From Eukaryota sp. TZLM1-RC (taxonomy: Eukaryota > Protista > Metamonada: BaSk clade), in contig JAUPSS010000006.1 in NCBI GenBank assembly GCA_040285825.1, positions 558,001-622,000 of the forward strand: DNA of 64,000 nucleotides. The letters run 5' to 3'. Made by a program: the position numbers and the translations under genes. This document shows positions 1 through 14,150 of the stretch, in pieces. Under the pieces are notes generated by a model. The model did not search any database. It worked only from the letters and a program-made list of their open reading frames with translations, and had not been told where the DNA came from. Position 1 is the first letter of the stretch. Every line of letters begins with the position of its first letter.

Positions 1-217
1 AAATTTTCAATTTGATCATCGGTTGTCGGAAAATTGTTACGATTAGTTTGAAGAAATAGATTTTTGACTTGACGTAACCTCCAACGAAAAACAGACTTAC
101 CACGTTTCATCTCTTTTTGAAGGATGAAATATTCCACTTTTATATTCCATTTTTTTAATTCAGAAGTAAATCTTCGCATTTCTATTGAAAAGGGAATTGC
201 ACTTGCGAGGCTAATTT

Positions 218-760
218 CTATTGGAATCTGAATCGGAGGTCTAACAGTCTCAAAAGCTCTACAATTAGTGCAAAACAAAAGTTTTCGACCATTTCTTGAA
301 TCTGTAACAACTTTTCTGCAGAATGGACAACAAAGATTATTATTTTCAGAAGGGGAAGGAAAGTGAGCACTGGGAGAATTTGAAGATCAGCGGAATTACT
401 ATTTTCGGCACAATTCAAATAGACATCGACTGGAACAGAACATTGGAGAATTTTTTGAGCAGAATTTAATTCAATTTCTGTTTTTTGTATTTCAGGGCGT
501 GTTCTCGAATCATGACCACTGATACCGCAAATCGAACATTTTTTAGAACGTTTCAAACACTGATCTGGAAACGATTTATTGGCAAAATGATTTTCACAAG
601 AAGATGCATTAGTTTCCATTTTTTGTTTTGCAGACCTGGCATTGTTTGCAAAACGCACAACTGAACGTAAAAAACGAACAGGAGGCTTTTTGTAGTTAAA
701 TTCGATTTTGGGACCTTTAAATTTTTTGAAATATTTCCAGCATGAGGTAAGGAGTGTCAA
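218..760 (-). pseudogene. CCHC zinc-knuckle retroelement-derived ORF fragment (in every repeat unit; also 3075, 5906, 8763, ~11620, 14479, 17336)
   Basis: CSICGISGHDSRTRP is CX2CX4HX4C with the last Cys replaced by Arg. A diverged relative lies at 28166-28720 (CLICGISGHNLRTYP...EIELKSAQQILQCSIPVD). Confidence 0.55.
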
Positions 761-873
761 AAATGACTAGGTTGCAAAGATGGCGAAATTGAAGAAGGAA
801 GAAGTGAAGAAGGAGAAGAATATTTGTTGACATTATCATTAACACTTCGTTCAGTGTATATTGCTTACCAATT

Positions 874-1080
874 GGTGTCGCCATCACTGTCAGGACACAT
901 TGTCAGGACTATGAAAGTCTTACCAATAGACTAGCAAGTAAACAAGACAGAAATTTAGGGTGATGAAAGAGGGAGAAAAAAAGTGAAAGAGACATAATTG
1001 AAGAAGAGTATAGAGAAGAAAAAGAATGTAAAGACGCAATAAATGCAGTGATAGATTGTTTCAATCGAACTGATTCAACA
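874..1080 (-). mobile_element. Possible LTR remnant (TG...CA, ~190 bp) followed by a PBS-like TGGCGACACC; repeated in each unit
   Basis: The minus strand runs TGTTGAATC (1080) ... GTCCTGACA (888; this 9-mer is duplicated at 901-909), then GTGA, then TGGCGACACC (883-874). The interior is pyrimidine-rich. Confidence 0.3.
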
Positions 1081-1669
1081 ACTTGGTCAATAGTCAATTA
1101 ATATTATATAAACTTTTTGATTATTTAATTCTAATGATGTGTTTATAATGGTACTATATTTAATTGGAGTTAACATTTCAACATATATATTTGAGAATAG
1201 ATATGAGGAATTATTATAATTTAATGTGTGACTAATTCGTGAATTATATGCAATTACCATTAAGTATTCATTTCTATAATTTTTCAAATCTATGACTTTG
1301 CCCGAAATTCTTTTTTTCTATTATTTTATAGTTTTGAATATTTGAAAAAGTCTACTTGCATTAAATTTAAAAAGTAGAAGATGGATCAACATCACGACCA
1401 TTAAATGTAAAGATATAATTTAAGTCAGAATTTAATACTAAATCTGTTCTGTTATTACCTTTGCTTAATCTAGCGAATTTAATAGGATATGCTAAATTTG
1501 ATTCTAACAATATTTTTATAGTTAAGTTACCCCTTGATTTGGAATTGATCTCAATTATATTAATATCATTGTTTGTTGAATATGATATTCCATCTGAATT
1601 CTCATTGAAGGTAAAGGGAAATAGTCTACCAAATAGTCGAGTGATCATTTTAAAAAAATAATTAAGTTA

Positions 1670-2745
1670 TTATAGTTCATCAGGATATTTTTTTATAACC
1701 GCATTTCTTGATACTAAATATCCATCCTCAACAATTGGTCGTAAATGTTCAACTAATATAGTTATTCCAATAATTAATGAGGGATCATTAAAATACTCAA
1801 ACATTCTTTCATCATTCAATTTACTAACTTTTTGATCATATCTCTCATATTCAATAATTAGTGAAGTTACCCTACTAACTTCACCATATTTTTTGAAGTT
1901 AGTAGTTCACCATCAACATCTTTAACCACAAAGTATCCTTGATATCTTTTCTTAAGTTTAAGGTTGTATCTAGATTTTGAAGCCTTATATGTAGCATTCT
2001 TTCTAATGATTAATCCTTCATAACCTTTAGAATCATACTCTGTCAATATATCCATAATATTTGACTCAACTGTAAAGTATTCAACTAATTCAATTTTTAG
2101 TTGATTGAATTGGATTTGATTTAATTAATTCATTCAATTGATTTAGTCTACTTTTAAATAATAGAGCTGAAGTTTTTCTAACATAATCATTATATGGAAT
2201 GTAATCAAACATAAAATATTGTATTTATTGAAAATCTTCAATAGTTACATTCTTTAATTTAACTAGTCTAGATACTTTATGAATTATCTCAAGATTAGTT
2301 TCAGGATCAATCCAAGTTAATTCTCCATAAATTACGAAATTATATCTAATCTTCTTAAACATATTATCAAATGCATCATGAATTTCAGGTAGTTGCAAAA
2401 TATTTCCACCAAGAGTAGTGAATGTTGGTTGTTGATCTATCCAAACCATTAGTAATGAATTTCCATCATATTTTCTGCTTGCCATATCAACTCCATATTC
2501 AAAATGATCTTTTTTTTGGATCAAAATCAACACCTAGTTGTACACCATGATACTTTTCAATAGTAAAATCATCCGGAAATACTTTCTTCAATTTCTTCAA
2601 ACCGACACTAACATCTAATTGACGACTAATAATATCAAACAACATAGGTTTACTAAGTTTTTGATCAAGTGCAAATTTATTAATTGATCCATATGCAATA
2701 TTCCCACTTATTGTTCTATTGTGGAGTGCCACTAAGAATTCATAA
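1670..2745 (-). pseudogene. ATP-dependent DNA ligase, T4 gp30-like, virus-derived (unit 1)
   Basis: Joined frames give LHNRTISGNIA..IISRQLDVSVGLKKLKKVFP (T4-type N-domain), SRKYDG (motif I), FVIYGEL (III), YFMFDYIP (IIIa), EGLIIRK (IV), LKLKK (V) and an OB-like tail. Lesions: poly-A frameshift, in-frame TAA at 2225-2227, 26 bp insertion. Confidence 0.88.
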
Positions 2746-4527
2746 AATGATTTACAAAATTTTGGAATGAGTACTGTCTGAAATAACAGTTTTTGCTGAT
2801 TGTTTCAAACCTTTTTCATTGTCTTCGTTCAAGATTTCATCATCAGAAATGTTAATGAAATTTTCAATTTGATCATCGGTTGTCGGAAAATTGTTACGAT
2901 TAGTTTGAAGAAATAGATTTTTGACTTGACGTAACCTCCAACGAAAAACAGACTTACCACGTTTCATCTCTTTTTGAAGGATGAAATATTCCACTTTTAT
3001 ATTCCATTTTTTTAATTCAGAAGTAAATCTTCGCATTTCTATTGAAAAGGGAATTGCACTTGCGAGGCTAATTTCTATTGGAATCTGAATCGGAGGTCTA
3101 ACAGTCTCAAAAGCTCTACAATTAGTGCAAAACAAAAGTTTTCGACCATTTCTTGAATCTGTAACAACTTTTCTGCAGAATGGACAACAAAGATTATTAT
3201 TTTCAGAAGGGGAAGGAAAGTGAGCACTGGGAGAATTTGAAGATCAGCGGAATTACTATTTTCGGCACAATTCAAATAGACATCGACTGGAACAGAACAT
3301 TGGAGAATTTTTTGAGCAGAATTTAATTCAATTTCTGTTTTTTGTATTTCAGGGCGTGTTCTCGAATCATGACCACTGATACGGCAAATCGAACATTTTT
3401 TAGAACGTTTCAAACACTGATCTGGAAACGATTTATTGGCAAAATGATTTTCACAAGAAGATGCATTAGTTTCCATTTTTTGTTTTGCAGACCTGGCATT
3501 GTTTGCAAAACGCACAACTGAACGTAAAAAACGAACAGGAGGCTTTTTGTAGTTAAATTCGATTTTGGGACCTTTAAATTTTTTGAAATATTTCCAGCAT
3601 GAGGTAAGGAGTGTCAAGAATGACTAGGTTGCAAAGATGGCGAAATTGAAGAAGGAAGAAGTGAAGAAGGAGAAGAATATTTGTTGACATTATCATTAAC
3701 ACTTCGTTCAGTGTATATTGCTTACCAATTGGTGTCGCCATCACTGTCAGGACACATTGTCAGGACCATGAAAGTCTTACCAATAGACTAGCAAGTAAAC
3801 AAGACAGAAATTCAGGGTGATGAAAGAGGGAGAAAAAAAGTGAAAGAGACATAATTGAAGAAGAGTATAGAGAAGAAAAAAAGAATGTAAAGACGCAATA
3901 AATGCAGTGATAGATTGTTTCAATCGAACTGATTCAACAACTTGGCCAATAGTCAATTAATATTATATAAACTTTATGATTATTTAATTCTAATGATGTG
4001 TTTATAATGGTACTATATTTAATTGGAATTAACATTTCAACATATTTATTTGAGAATAGATATGAGGAATTATTATAATTTAATGTGTGACTAATTCGTG
4101 AATTATATGCAATTACCATTAAGTATTCATTTCTATAATTTTTCAAATCTATGACTTTGCTCGAAATTCTTTTTTTCTATTATTTTATAGTTTTGAATAT
4201 TTGAAAAAGTCTACTTGCATTAAATTTAAACCTAGAAGATGGATCAACATCACGACCATTAAATGTAAAGATATAATTTAAGTCAAAATTTAATACTAAA
4301 TCTGTTCTGTTATTACCTTTGCTTAATCTGGCGAATTTAATAGGATATGCTAAATTTGATTCTAACAATATTTTTATAGTTAAGTTACCCCTTGATTTGG
4401 AATTGATCTCAATTATATTAATATCATTGTTTGTTGAATATGATATTCCATCTGAATTCTCATTGAATGTAAAGGGAAATAGTCTACCAAATAGTCGAGT
4501 GATCATTTTAAAAAAATAATTAAGTTA

Positions 4528-5576
4528 TTATAGTTCATCAGGATATTTTTTTATAACCGCATTTCTTGATACTAAATATCCATCCTCAACAATTGGTCGT
4601 AAATGTTCAACTAATATAGTTATTCCAATAATTAATGAGGGATCATTAAAATACTCAAACATTCTTTCATCATTCAATTTACTAACTTTTTGATCATATC
4701 TCTCATATTCAATAATTAGTGAAGTTACCCTACTAACTTCACCATCAACGTCTTTAACCACAAAGTATCCTTGATATCTTTTCTTAAGTTTAAGGTTGTA
4801 TCTAGATTTTGAAGCCTTATATGTAGCATTCTTTCTAATGATTAATCCTTCATAACCTTTAGAATCTTACTCTGTCAATATATCCATAATATTTGACTCA
4901 ACTGTAAAGTATTCAACTAATTCAATTTTAGTTGATTGAATTGGATTTGATTTAATTAATTCATTCAATTGATTTAGTCTACTTTTAAATAATAGAGCTG
5001 AAGTTTTTCTAACATAATCATTATATGGAATGTAATCAAACATAAAATATTGTATTTATTGAAAATCTTCAATAGTTACATTCTTTAATTTAACTAGTCT
5101 AGATACTTTATGAATTATCTCAAGATTAGTTTCAGGATCAATCCAAGTTAATTCTCCATAAATTACGAAATTATATCTAATCTTCTTAAACATATTATCA
5201 AATGCATCATGAATTTCAGGTAGTTGCAAAATATTTCCACCAAGAGTAGTGAATGTTGGTTGTTGATCTATCCAAACCATTAGTAATAAATTTCCATCAT
5301 ATTTTCTGCTTGCCATATCAACTCCATATTCAAAATGATCTTTTTTTTTGGATCAAAATCAACACCTAGTTGTACACCATGATACTTTTCAATAATAAAA
5401 TCATCCGGAAATACTTTCTTCAATTTCTTCAAACCGACACTAACATCTAATTGACGACTAATAATATCAAACAACATAGGTTTACTAAGTTTTTGATCAA
5501 GTGCAAATTATTAATTGATCCATATGCAATATTCCCACTTATTGTTCTATTGTGGAGTGCCACTAAGAATTCATAA
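4528..5576 (-). pseudogene. ATP-dependent DNA ligase, T4 gp30-like (unit 2; lacks the 26 bp insertion)
   Basis: Same motifs. The C-terminal OB region reads in frame (VKDVDGEVSRVTSLIIEY...IIGITILVEH...KKYPDEL*). It has an extra TAT>TAA stop near 4867. Confidence 0.88.
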
Positions 5577-7358
5577 AATGATTTACAAAATTTTGGAATG
5601 AGTACTGTCTGAAATAACAGTTTTTGCTGATTGTTTCAAACCTTTTTCATTGTCTTCGTTCAAGATTTCATCATCAGAAATGTTAATGAAATTTTCAATT
5701 TGATCATCGGTTGTCGGAAAATTGTTACGATTAGTTTGAAGAAATAGATTTTTGACTTGACGTAACCTCCAACGAAAAACAGACTTACCACGTTTCATCT
5801 CTTTTTGAAGGATGAAATATTCCACTTTTATATTCCATTTTTTTAATTCAGAAGTAAATCTTCGCATTTCTATTGAAAAGGGAATTGCACTTGCGAGGCT
5901 AATTTCTATTGGAATCTGAATCGGAGGTCTAACAGTCTCAAAAGCTCTACAATTAGTGCAAAACAAAAGTTTTCGACCATTTCTTGAATCTGTAACAACT
6001 TTTCTGCAGAATGGACAACAAAGATTATTATTTTCAGAAGGGGAAGGAAAGTGAGCACTGGGAGAATTTGAAGATCAGCGGAATTACTATTTTCGGCACA
6101 ATTCAAATAGACATCGACTGGAACAGAACATTGGAGAATTTTTTGAGCAGAATTTAATTCAATTTCTGTTTTTTGTATTTCAGGGCGTGTTCTCGAATCA
6201 TGACCACTGATACCGCAAATCGAACATTTTTTAGAACGTTTCAAACACTGATCTGGAAACGATTTATTGGCAAAATGATTTTCACAAGAAGATGCATTAG
6301 TTTCCATTTTTTGTTTTGCAGACCTGGCATTGTTTGCAAAACGCACAACTGAACGTAAAAAACGAACAGGAGGCTTTTTTGTAGTTAAATTCGATTTTGG
6401 GACCTTTAAATTTTTTGAAATATTTCCAGCATGAGGTAAGGAGTGTCAAGAATGACTAGGTTGCAAAGATGGCGAAATTGAAGAAGGAAGAAGTGAAGAA
6501 GGAGAAGAATATTTGTTGACATTATCATTAACACTTCGTTCAGTGTATATTGCTTACCAATTGGTGTCGCCATCACTGTCAGGACACATTGTCAGGACCA
6601 TAAAAGTCTTACCAATAGACTAGCAAGTAAACAAGACAGAAATTTAGGGTGATGAAAGAGGGAGAAAAAAAGTGAAAGAGACATAATTGAAGAAGAGTAT
6701 AGAGAAGAAAAAGAATGTAAAGACGCAATAAATGCAGTGATAGATTGTTTCAATCGAACTGATTCAACAACTTGGCCAATAGTCAATTAATATTATATAA
6801 ACTTTTTGATTATTTAATTCTAATGATGTGTTTATAATGGTACTATATTTAATTGGAATTAACATTTCAACATATTTATTTGAGAATAGATATGAGGAAT
6901 TATTATAATTTAATGTGTGACTAATTCGTGAATTATATGCAATTACCATTAAGTATTCATTTCTATAATTTTTCAAATCTATGACTTTGCCCGAAATTCT
7001 TTTTTCTATTATTTTATAGTTTTGAATATTTGAAAAAAAGTCTACTTGCATTAAATTTAAACCTAGAAGATGGATCAACATCACGACCATTAAATGTAAA
7101 GATATAATTTAAGTCAGAATTTAATACTAAATCTGTTCTGTTATTACCTTTGCTTAATCTGGCGAATTTAATAGGATATGCTAAATTTGATTCTAACAAT
7201 ATTTTTTATAGTTAAGTTACCCCTTGATTTGGAATTGATCTCAATTATATTAATATCATTGTTTGTTGAATATGATATTCCATCTGAATTCTCATTGAAT
7301 GTAAAGGAAATAGTCTACCAAATAGTCGAGTGATCATTTTAAAAAAATAATTAAGTTA

Positions 7359-8433
7359 TTATAGTTCATCAGGATATTTTTTTATAACCGCATTTCTTGA
7401 TACTAAATATCCATTCTCAACAATTGGTCGTAAATGTTCAACTAATATAGTTATTCCAATAATTAATGAGGGATCATTAAAATACTCAAACATTCTTTCA
7501 TCATTCAATTTACTAACTTTTTGATCATATCTCTCATATTCAATAATTAGTGAAGTTACCCTACTAACTTCACCATATTTTTTGAAGTTAGTACTTCACC
7601 ATCAACATCTTTAACCACAAAGTATCCTTGATATCTTTTCTTAAGTTTAAGGTTGTATCTAGATTTTGAAGCCTTATATGTAGCATTCTTTCTAATGATT
7701 AATCCTTCATAACCTTTAGAATCATACTCTGTCAATATATCCATAATATTTGACTCAACTGTAAAGTATTCAACTAATTCAATTTTAGTTGATTGAATTG
7801 GATTTGATTTAATTAATTCATTCAATTGATTTAGTCTACTTTTAAATAATAGAGCTGAAGTTTTTCTAACATAATCATTATATGGAATGTAATCAAACAT
7901 AAAATATTGTATTTATTGAAAATCTTCAATAGTTACATTCTTTAATTTAACTAGTCTAGATACTTTATGAATTATCTCAAGATTAGTTTCAGGATCAATC
8001 CAAGTTAATTCTCCATAAATTACGAAATTATATCTAATCTTCTTAAACATATTATCAAATGCATCATGAATTTCAGGTAGTTGCAAAATATTTCCACCAA
8101 GAGTAGTGAATGTTGGTTGTTGATCTATCCAAACCATTAGTAATAAATTTTCATCATATTTTCTGCTTGCCATATCAACTCCATATTCAAAATGATCTTT
8201 TTTTTGGATCAAAATCAACACCTAGTTGTACACCATGATACTTTTCAATAGTAAAATCATCCGGAAATACTTTCTTCAATTTCTTCAAACCGACACTAAC
8301 ATCTAATTGACGACTAATAATATCAAACAACATAGGTTTACTAAGTTTTTGATCAAGTGCAAATTTATTAATTGATCCATATGCAATATTCCCACTTATT
8401 GTTCTATTGTGGAGTGCCACTAAGAATTCATAA
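7359..8433 (-). pseudogene. ATP-dependent DNA ligase, T4 gp30-like (unit 3)
   Basis: Same motifs; motif I reads KYDE here. Confidence 0.87.
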
Positions 8434-10212
8434 AATGATTTACAAAATTTTGGAATGAGTACTGTCTGAAATAACAGTTTTTGCTGATTGTTTCAAACCT
8501 TTTTCATTGTCTTCGTTCAAGATTTCATCATCAGAAATGTTAATGAAATTTTCAATTTGATCATCGGTTGTCGGAAAATTGTTACGATTAGTTTGAAGAA
8601 ATAGATTTTTGACTTGACGTAACCTCCAACGAAAAACAGACTTACCACGTTTCATCTCTTTTTGAAGGATGAAATATTCCACTTTTATATTCCATTTTTT
8701 TAATTCAGAAGTAAATCTTCGCATTTCTATTGAGAAGGGAATTGCAGTTGCGAGGCTAATTTCTATTGGAATCTGAATCGGAGGTCTAACAGTCTCAAAA
8801 GCTCTACAATTAGTGCAAAACAAAAGTTTTCGACCATTTCTTGAATCTGTAACAACTTTTCTGCAGAATGGACAACAAAGATTATTATTTTCAGAAGGGG
8901 AAGGAAAGTGAGCACTGGGAGAATTTGAAGATCAGCGGAATTACTATTTTCGGCACAATTCAAATAGACATCGACTGGAACAGAACATTGGAAAATTTTT
9001 TGAGCAGAATTTAATTCAATTTCTGTTTTTTGTTTTTCAGGGCGTGTTCTCGAATCATGACCACTGATACCGCAAATCGAACATTTTTTAGAACGTTTCA
9101 AACACTGATCTGGAAACGATTTATTGGCAAAATGATTTTCACAAGAAGATGCATTAGTTTCAATTTTTTGTTTTGCAGACCTGGCATTGTTTGCAAAACG
9201 CACAACTGAACGTAAAGAACGAACAGGAAGCTTTTTGTAGTTAAATTCGATTTTGGGACCTTTAAATTTTTGAAATATTTCCAGCATGAGGTAAGGAGTG
9301 TCAAGAATGACTAGGTTGCAAAGATGGCGAAATTGAAGAAGGAAGAAGTGAAGAAGGAGAAGAATATTTGTTGACATTATCATTAACACTTCGTTCAGTG
9401 TATATTGCTTACCAATTGGTGTCGCCATCACTGTCAGGACACATTGTCAGGACCATGAAAGTCTTACCAATAGACTAGCAAGTAAACAAGACAGAAATTT
9501 AGGGTGATGAAAGAGGGAGAAAAAAAGTGAAAGAGACATAATTGAAGAAGAGTATAGAGAAGAAAAAGAATGTAAAGACGCAATAAATGCAGTGATAGAT
9601 TGTTTCAATCGAACTGATTCAACAACTTGGCCAATAGTCAATTAATATTATATAAACTTTATGATTATTTAATTCTAATGATGTGTTTATAATGGTACTA
9701 TATTTAATTGGAATTAACATTTCAACATATTTATTTGAGAATAGATATGAGGAATTATTATAATTTAATGTGTGACTAATTCGTGAATTATATGCAATTA
9801 CCATTAAGTATTCATTTCTATAATTTTTCAAATCTATGACTTTGCTCGAAATTCTTTTTTTCTATTATTTTATAGTTTTGAATATTTGAAAAAGTCTACT
9901 TGCATTAAATTTAAACCTAGAAGATGGATCAACATCACGACCATTAAATGTAAAGATATAATTTAAGTCAAAATTTAATACTAAATCTGTTCTGTTATTA
10001 CCTTTGCTTAATCTGGCGAATTTAATAGGATATGCTAAATTTGATTCTAACAATATTTTTATAGTTAAGTTACCCCTTGATTTGGAATTGATCTCAATTA
10101 TATTAATATCATTGTTTGTTGAATATGATATTCCATCTGAATTCTCATTGAATGTAAAGGGAAATAGTCTACCAAATAGTCGAGTGATCATTTTAAAAAA
10201 ATAATTAAGTTA

Positions 10213-11288
10213 TTATAGTTCATCAGGATATTTTTTTATAACCGCATTTCTTGATACTAAATATCCATCCTCAACAATTGGTCGTAAATGTTCAACTAAT
10301 ATAGTTATTCCAATAATTAATGAGGGATCATTAAAATACTCAAACATTCTTTCATCATTCAATTTACTAACTTTTTGATCATATCTCTCATATTCAATAA
10401 TTAGTGAAGTTACCCTACTAACTTCACCATATTTTTTGAAGTTAGTACTTCACCATCAACATCTTTAACCACAAAGTATCCTTGATATCTTTTCTTAAGT
10501 TTAAGGTTGTATCTAGATTTTTGAAGCCTTATATGTAGCATTCTTTCTAATGATTAATCCTTCATAACCTTTAGAATCATACTCTGTCAATATATCCATA
10601 ATATTTGACTCAACTGTAAAGTATTCAACTAATTCAATTTTAGTTGATTGAATTGGATTTGATTTAATTAATTCATTCAATTGATTTAGTCTACTTTTAA
10701 ATAATAGAGCTGAAGTTTTTCTAACATAATCATTATATGGAATGTAATCAAACATAAAATATTGTATTTATTGAAAATCTTCAATAGTTACATTCTTTAA
10801 TTTAACTAGTCTAGATACTTTATGAATTATCTCAAGATTAGTTTCAGGATCAATCCAAGTTAATTCTCCATAAATTACGAAATTATATCTAATCTTCTTA
10901 AACATATTATCAAATGCATCATGAATTTCAGGTAGTTGCAAAATATTTCCACCAAGAGTAGTGAATGTTGGTTGTTGATCTATCCAAACCATTAGTAATA
11001 AATTTTCATCATATTTTCTGCTTGCCATATCAACTCCATATTCAAAATGATCTTTTTTTTGGATCAAAATCAACACCTAGTTGTACACCATGATACTTTT
11101 CAATAGTAAAATCATCCGGAAATACTTTCTTCAATTTCTTCAAACCGACACTAACATCTAATTGACGACTAATAATATCAAACAACATAGGTTTACTAAG
11201 TTTTTGATCAAGTGCAAATTTATTAATTGATCCATATGCAATATTCCCACTTATTGTTCTATTGTGGAGTGCCACTAAGAATTCATAA
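10213..11288 (-). pseudogene. ATP-dependent DNA ligase, T4 gp30-like (unit 4)
   Basis: Same motifs, KYDE variant. Confidence 0.87.
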
Positions 11289-12490
11289 AATGATTTACAA
11301 AATTTTGGAATGAGTACTGTCTGAAATAACAGTTTTTTGCTGATTGTTTCAAACCTTTTTCATTGTCTTCGTTCAAGATTTCATCATCAGAAATGTTAAT
11401 GAAATTTTCAATTTGATCATCGGTTGTCGGAAAATTGTTACGATTAGTTTGAAGAAATAGATTTTTTGACTTGACGTAACCTCCAACGAAAAACAGACTT
11501 ACCACGTTTCATCTCTTTTTGAAGGATGAAATATTCCACTTTTATATTCCATTTTTTAATTCAGAAGTAAATCTTCGCATTTCTATTGAGAAGGGAATTG
11601 CAGTTGCGAGGCTAATTTCTATTGGAATCTGAATCGGAGGTCTAACAGTCTCAAAAAGCTCTACAATTAGTGCAAAACAAAAGTTTTCGACCATTTCTTG
11701 AATCTGTAACAACTTTTTCTGCAGAATGGACAACAAAGATTATTATTTTCAGAAGGGGAAGGAAAGTGAGCACTGGGAGAATTTGAAGATCAGCGGAATT
11801 ACTATTTTCGGCACAATTCAAATAGACATCGACTGGAACAGAACATTGGAAAATTTTTTTGAGCAGAATTTAATTCAATTTCTGTTTTTTGTTTTTCAGG
11901 GCGTGTTCTCGAATCATGACCACTGATACCGCAAATCGAACATTTTTTTAGAACGTTTCAAACACTGATCTGGAAACGATTTATTGGCAAAATGATTTTC
12001 ACAAGAAGATGCATTAGTTTCAATTTTTTGTTTTGCAGACCTGGCATTGTTTGCAAAACGCACAACTGAACGTAAAGAACGAACAGGAAGCTTTTTGTAG
12101 TTAAATTCGATTTTGGGACCTTTAAATTTTTGAAATATTTCCAGCATGAGGTAAGGAGTGTCAAGAATGACTAGGTTGCAAAGATGGCGAAATTGAAGAA
12201 GGAAGAAGTGAAGAAGGAGAAGAATATTTGTTGACATTATCATTAACACTTCGTTCAGTGTATATTGCTTTCCAATTGGTGTCGCCATCACTGTCAGGAC
12301 ACAATGTCAGGACCGTGAAAGTCTTACCAATAGACTAGCAAGTAAACAAGACAGAAATTTAGGGTGATGAAAGAGGGAGAAAAAAAGTGAAAGAGACATA
12401 ATTGAAGAAGAGTATAGAGAAGAAAAAGAATGTAAAGACGCAATAAATGCAGTGATAGATTGTTTCAATCGAACTGATTCAACAACTTGG

Positions 12491-13051
12491 TCAATAGTCA
12501 ATTAATATTATATAAACTTTTTGATTATTTAATTCTAATGATGTGTTTATAATGGTACTATATTTAATTGGAGTTAACATTTCAACATATTTATTTGAGA
12601 ATAGATATGAGGAATTATTATAATTTAATGTGTGACTAATTCGTGAATTATATGCAATTACCATTAAGTATTCATTTCTATAATTTTTCAAATCTATGAC
12701 TTTGCCCGAAATTCTTTTTTCTATTATTTTATAGTTTTGAATATTTGAAAAAAGTCTACTTGCATTAAATTTAAACCTAGAAGATGGATCAACATCACGA
12801 CCATTAAATGTAAAGATATAATTTAAGTCAGAATTTAATACTAAATCTGTTCTGTTATTACCTTTGCTTAATCTAGCGAATTTAATAGGATATGCTAAAT
12901 TTGATTCTAACAATATTTTTATAGTTAAGTTACCCCTTGATTTGGAATTGATCTCAATTATATTAATATCATTGTTTGTTGAATATGATATTCCATCTGA
13001 ATTCTCATTGAATGTAAAGGGAAATAGTCTACCAAATAGTCGAGTGATCAT
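12491..13051 (-). CDS. Orphan ORF X (186 aa, Asn/Ile-rich), probably virus-derived; open only in this unit, frameshifted in homopolymers in the others
   Basis: ATG lies ~20 bp downstream of the ligase stop, on the same strand and with the same very AT-rich composition. No recognisable motif. Confidence 0.55.
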   Translation of the reverse strand: MITRLFGRLFPFTFNENSDGISYSTNNDINIIEINSKSRGNLTIKILLESNLAYPIKFARLSKGNNRTDLVLNSDLNYIFTFNGRDVDPSSRFKFNASRLFSNIQNYKIIEKRISGKVIDLKNYRNEYLMVIAYNSRISHTLNYNNSSYLFSNKYVEMLTPIKYSTIINTSLELNNQKVYIILIDY

Positions 13052-13072
13052 TTTAAAAAAATAATTAAGTTA

Positions 13073-14150
13073 TTATAGTTCATCAGGATATTTTTTTATA
13101 ACCGCATTTCTTGATACTAAATATCCATCCTCAACAATTGGTCGTAAATGTTCAACTAATATAGTTATTCCAATAATTAATGAGGGATCATTAAAATACT
13201 CAAACATTCTTTCATCATTCAATTTACTAACTTTTTGATCATATCCCTCATATTCAATAATTAGTGAAGTTACCCTACTAACTTCACCATATTTTTTGAA
13301 GTTAGTACTTCACCATCAACATCTTTAACCACAAAGTATCCTTGATATCTTTTCTTAAGTTTAAGGTTGTATCTAGATTTTGAAGCCTTATATGTAGCAT
13401 CTTTTCTAATGATTAATCCTTCATAACCTTTAGAATCATACTCTGTCAATATATCCATAATATTTGACTCAACTGTAAAGTATTCAACTAATTCAATTTT
13501 AGTTGATTGAATTGGATTTGATTTAATTAATTCATTCAATTGATTTAGTCTACTTTTAAATAATAGAGCTGAAGTTTTTCTAACATAATCATTATATGGA
13601 ATGTAATCAAACATAAAATATTGTATTTATTGAAAATCTTCAATAGGTACATTCTTTAATTTAACTAGTCTAGATACTTTATGAATTATCTCAAAATTAG
13701 TTTCAGGATCAATCCAAGTTAATTCTCCATAAATTACGAAATTATTTCTAATGTTCTTAAACATATTATCAAATGCATCATGAATTTCAGGTAGTTGCAA
13801 AATATTTCCACCAAGAGTAGTGAATGTTGGTTGTTGATCTATCCAAACCATTAGTAATAAATTTCCATCATATTTTCTGCTTGCCATATCAACTCCATAT
13901 TCAAAATGATCTTTTTTTTGGATCAAAATCAACACCTAGTTGTACACCATGATACTTTTCAATAGTAAAAATCATCCGGAAATACTTTCTTCAATTTCTT
14001 CAAACCGACACTAACATCTAATTGACGACTAATAATATCAAAACAACATAGGTTTACTAAGTTTTTGATCAAGTGCAAATTTATTAATTGATCCATATGC
14101 AATATTCCCACTTATTGTTCTATTGTGGAGTGCCACTAAGAATTCATAAA
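13073..14150 (-). pseudogene. ATP-dependent DNA ligase, T4 gp30-like (unit 5)
   Basis: Same motifs, KYDG. Confidence 0.87.

Noticed and set aside
1461-1661. Plus-strand 66 aa ORF recurring in the units
   Set aside because: Antisense shadow of ORF X with a TTG start; recurrence only reflects the tandem duplication.
2225-2227. In-frame TAA in every ligase copy as a sign of a TAA/TAG=Gln genetic code
   Set aside because: RPLP1 and the RNAP fragment end at TAA, and formin and the cathepsin-like gene end at TAG, all at the expected positions. The ligase has other shared lesions, so a nonsense mutation before amplification is simpler.
10500-11950. Extra frameshifts private to units 4-5
   Set aside because: Nearly all are +/-1 changes in homopolymers, typical of long-read consensus error.
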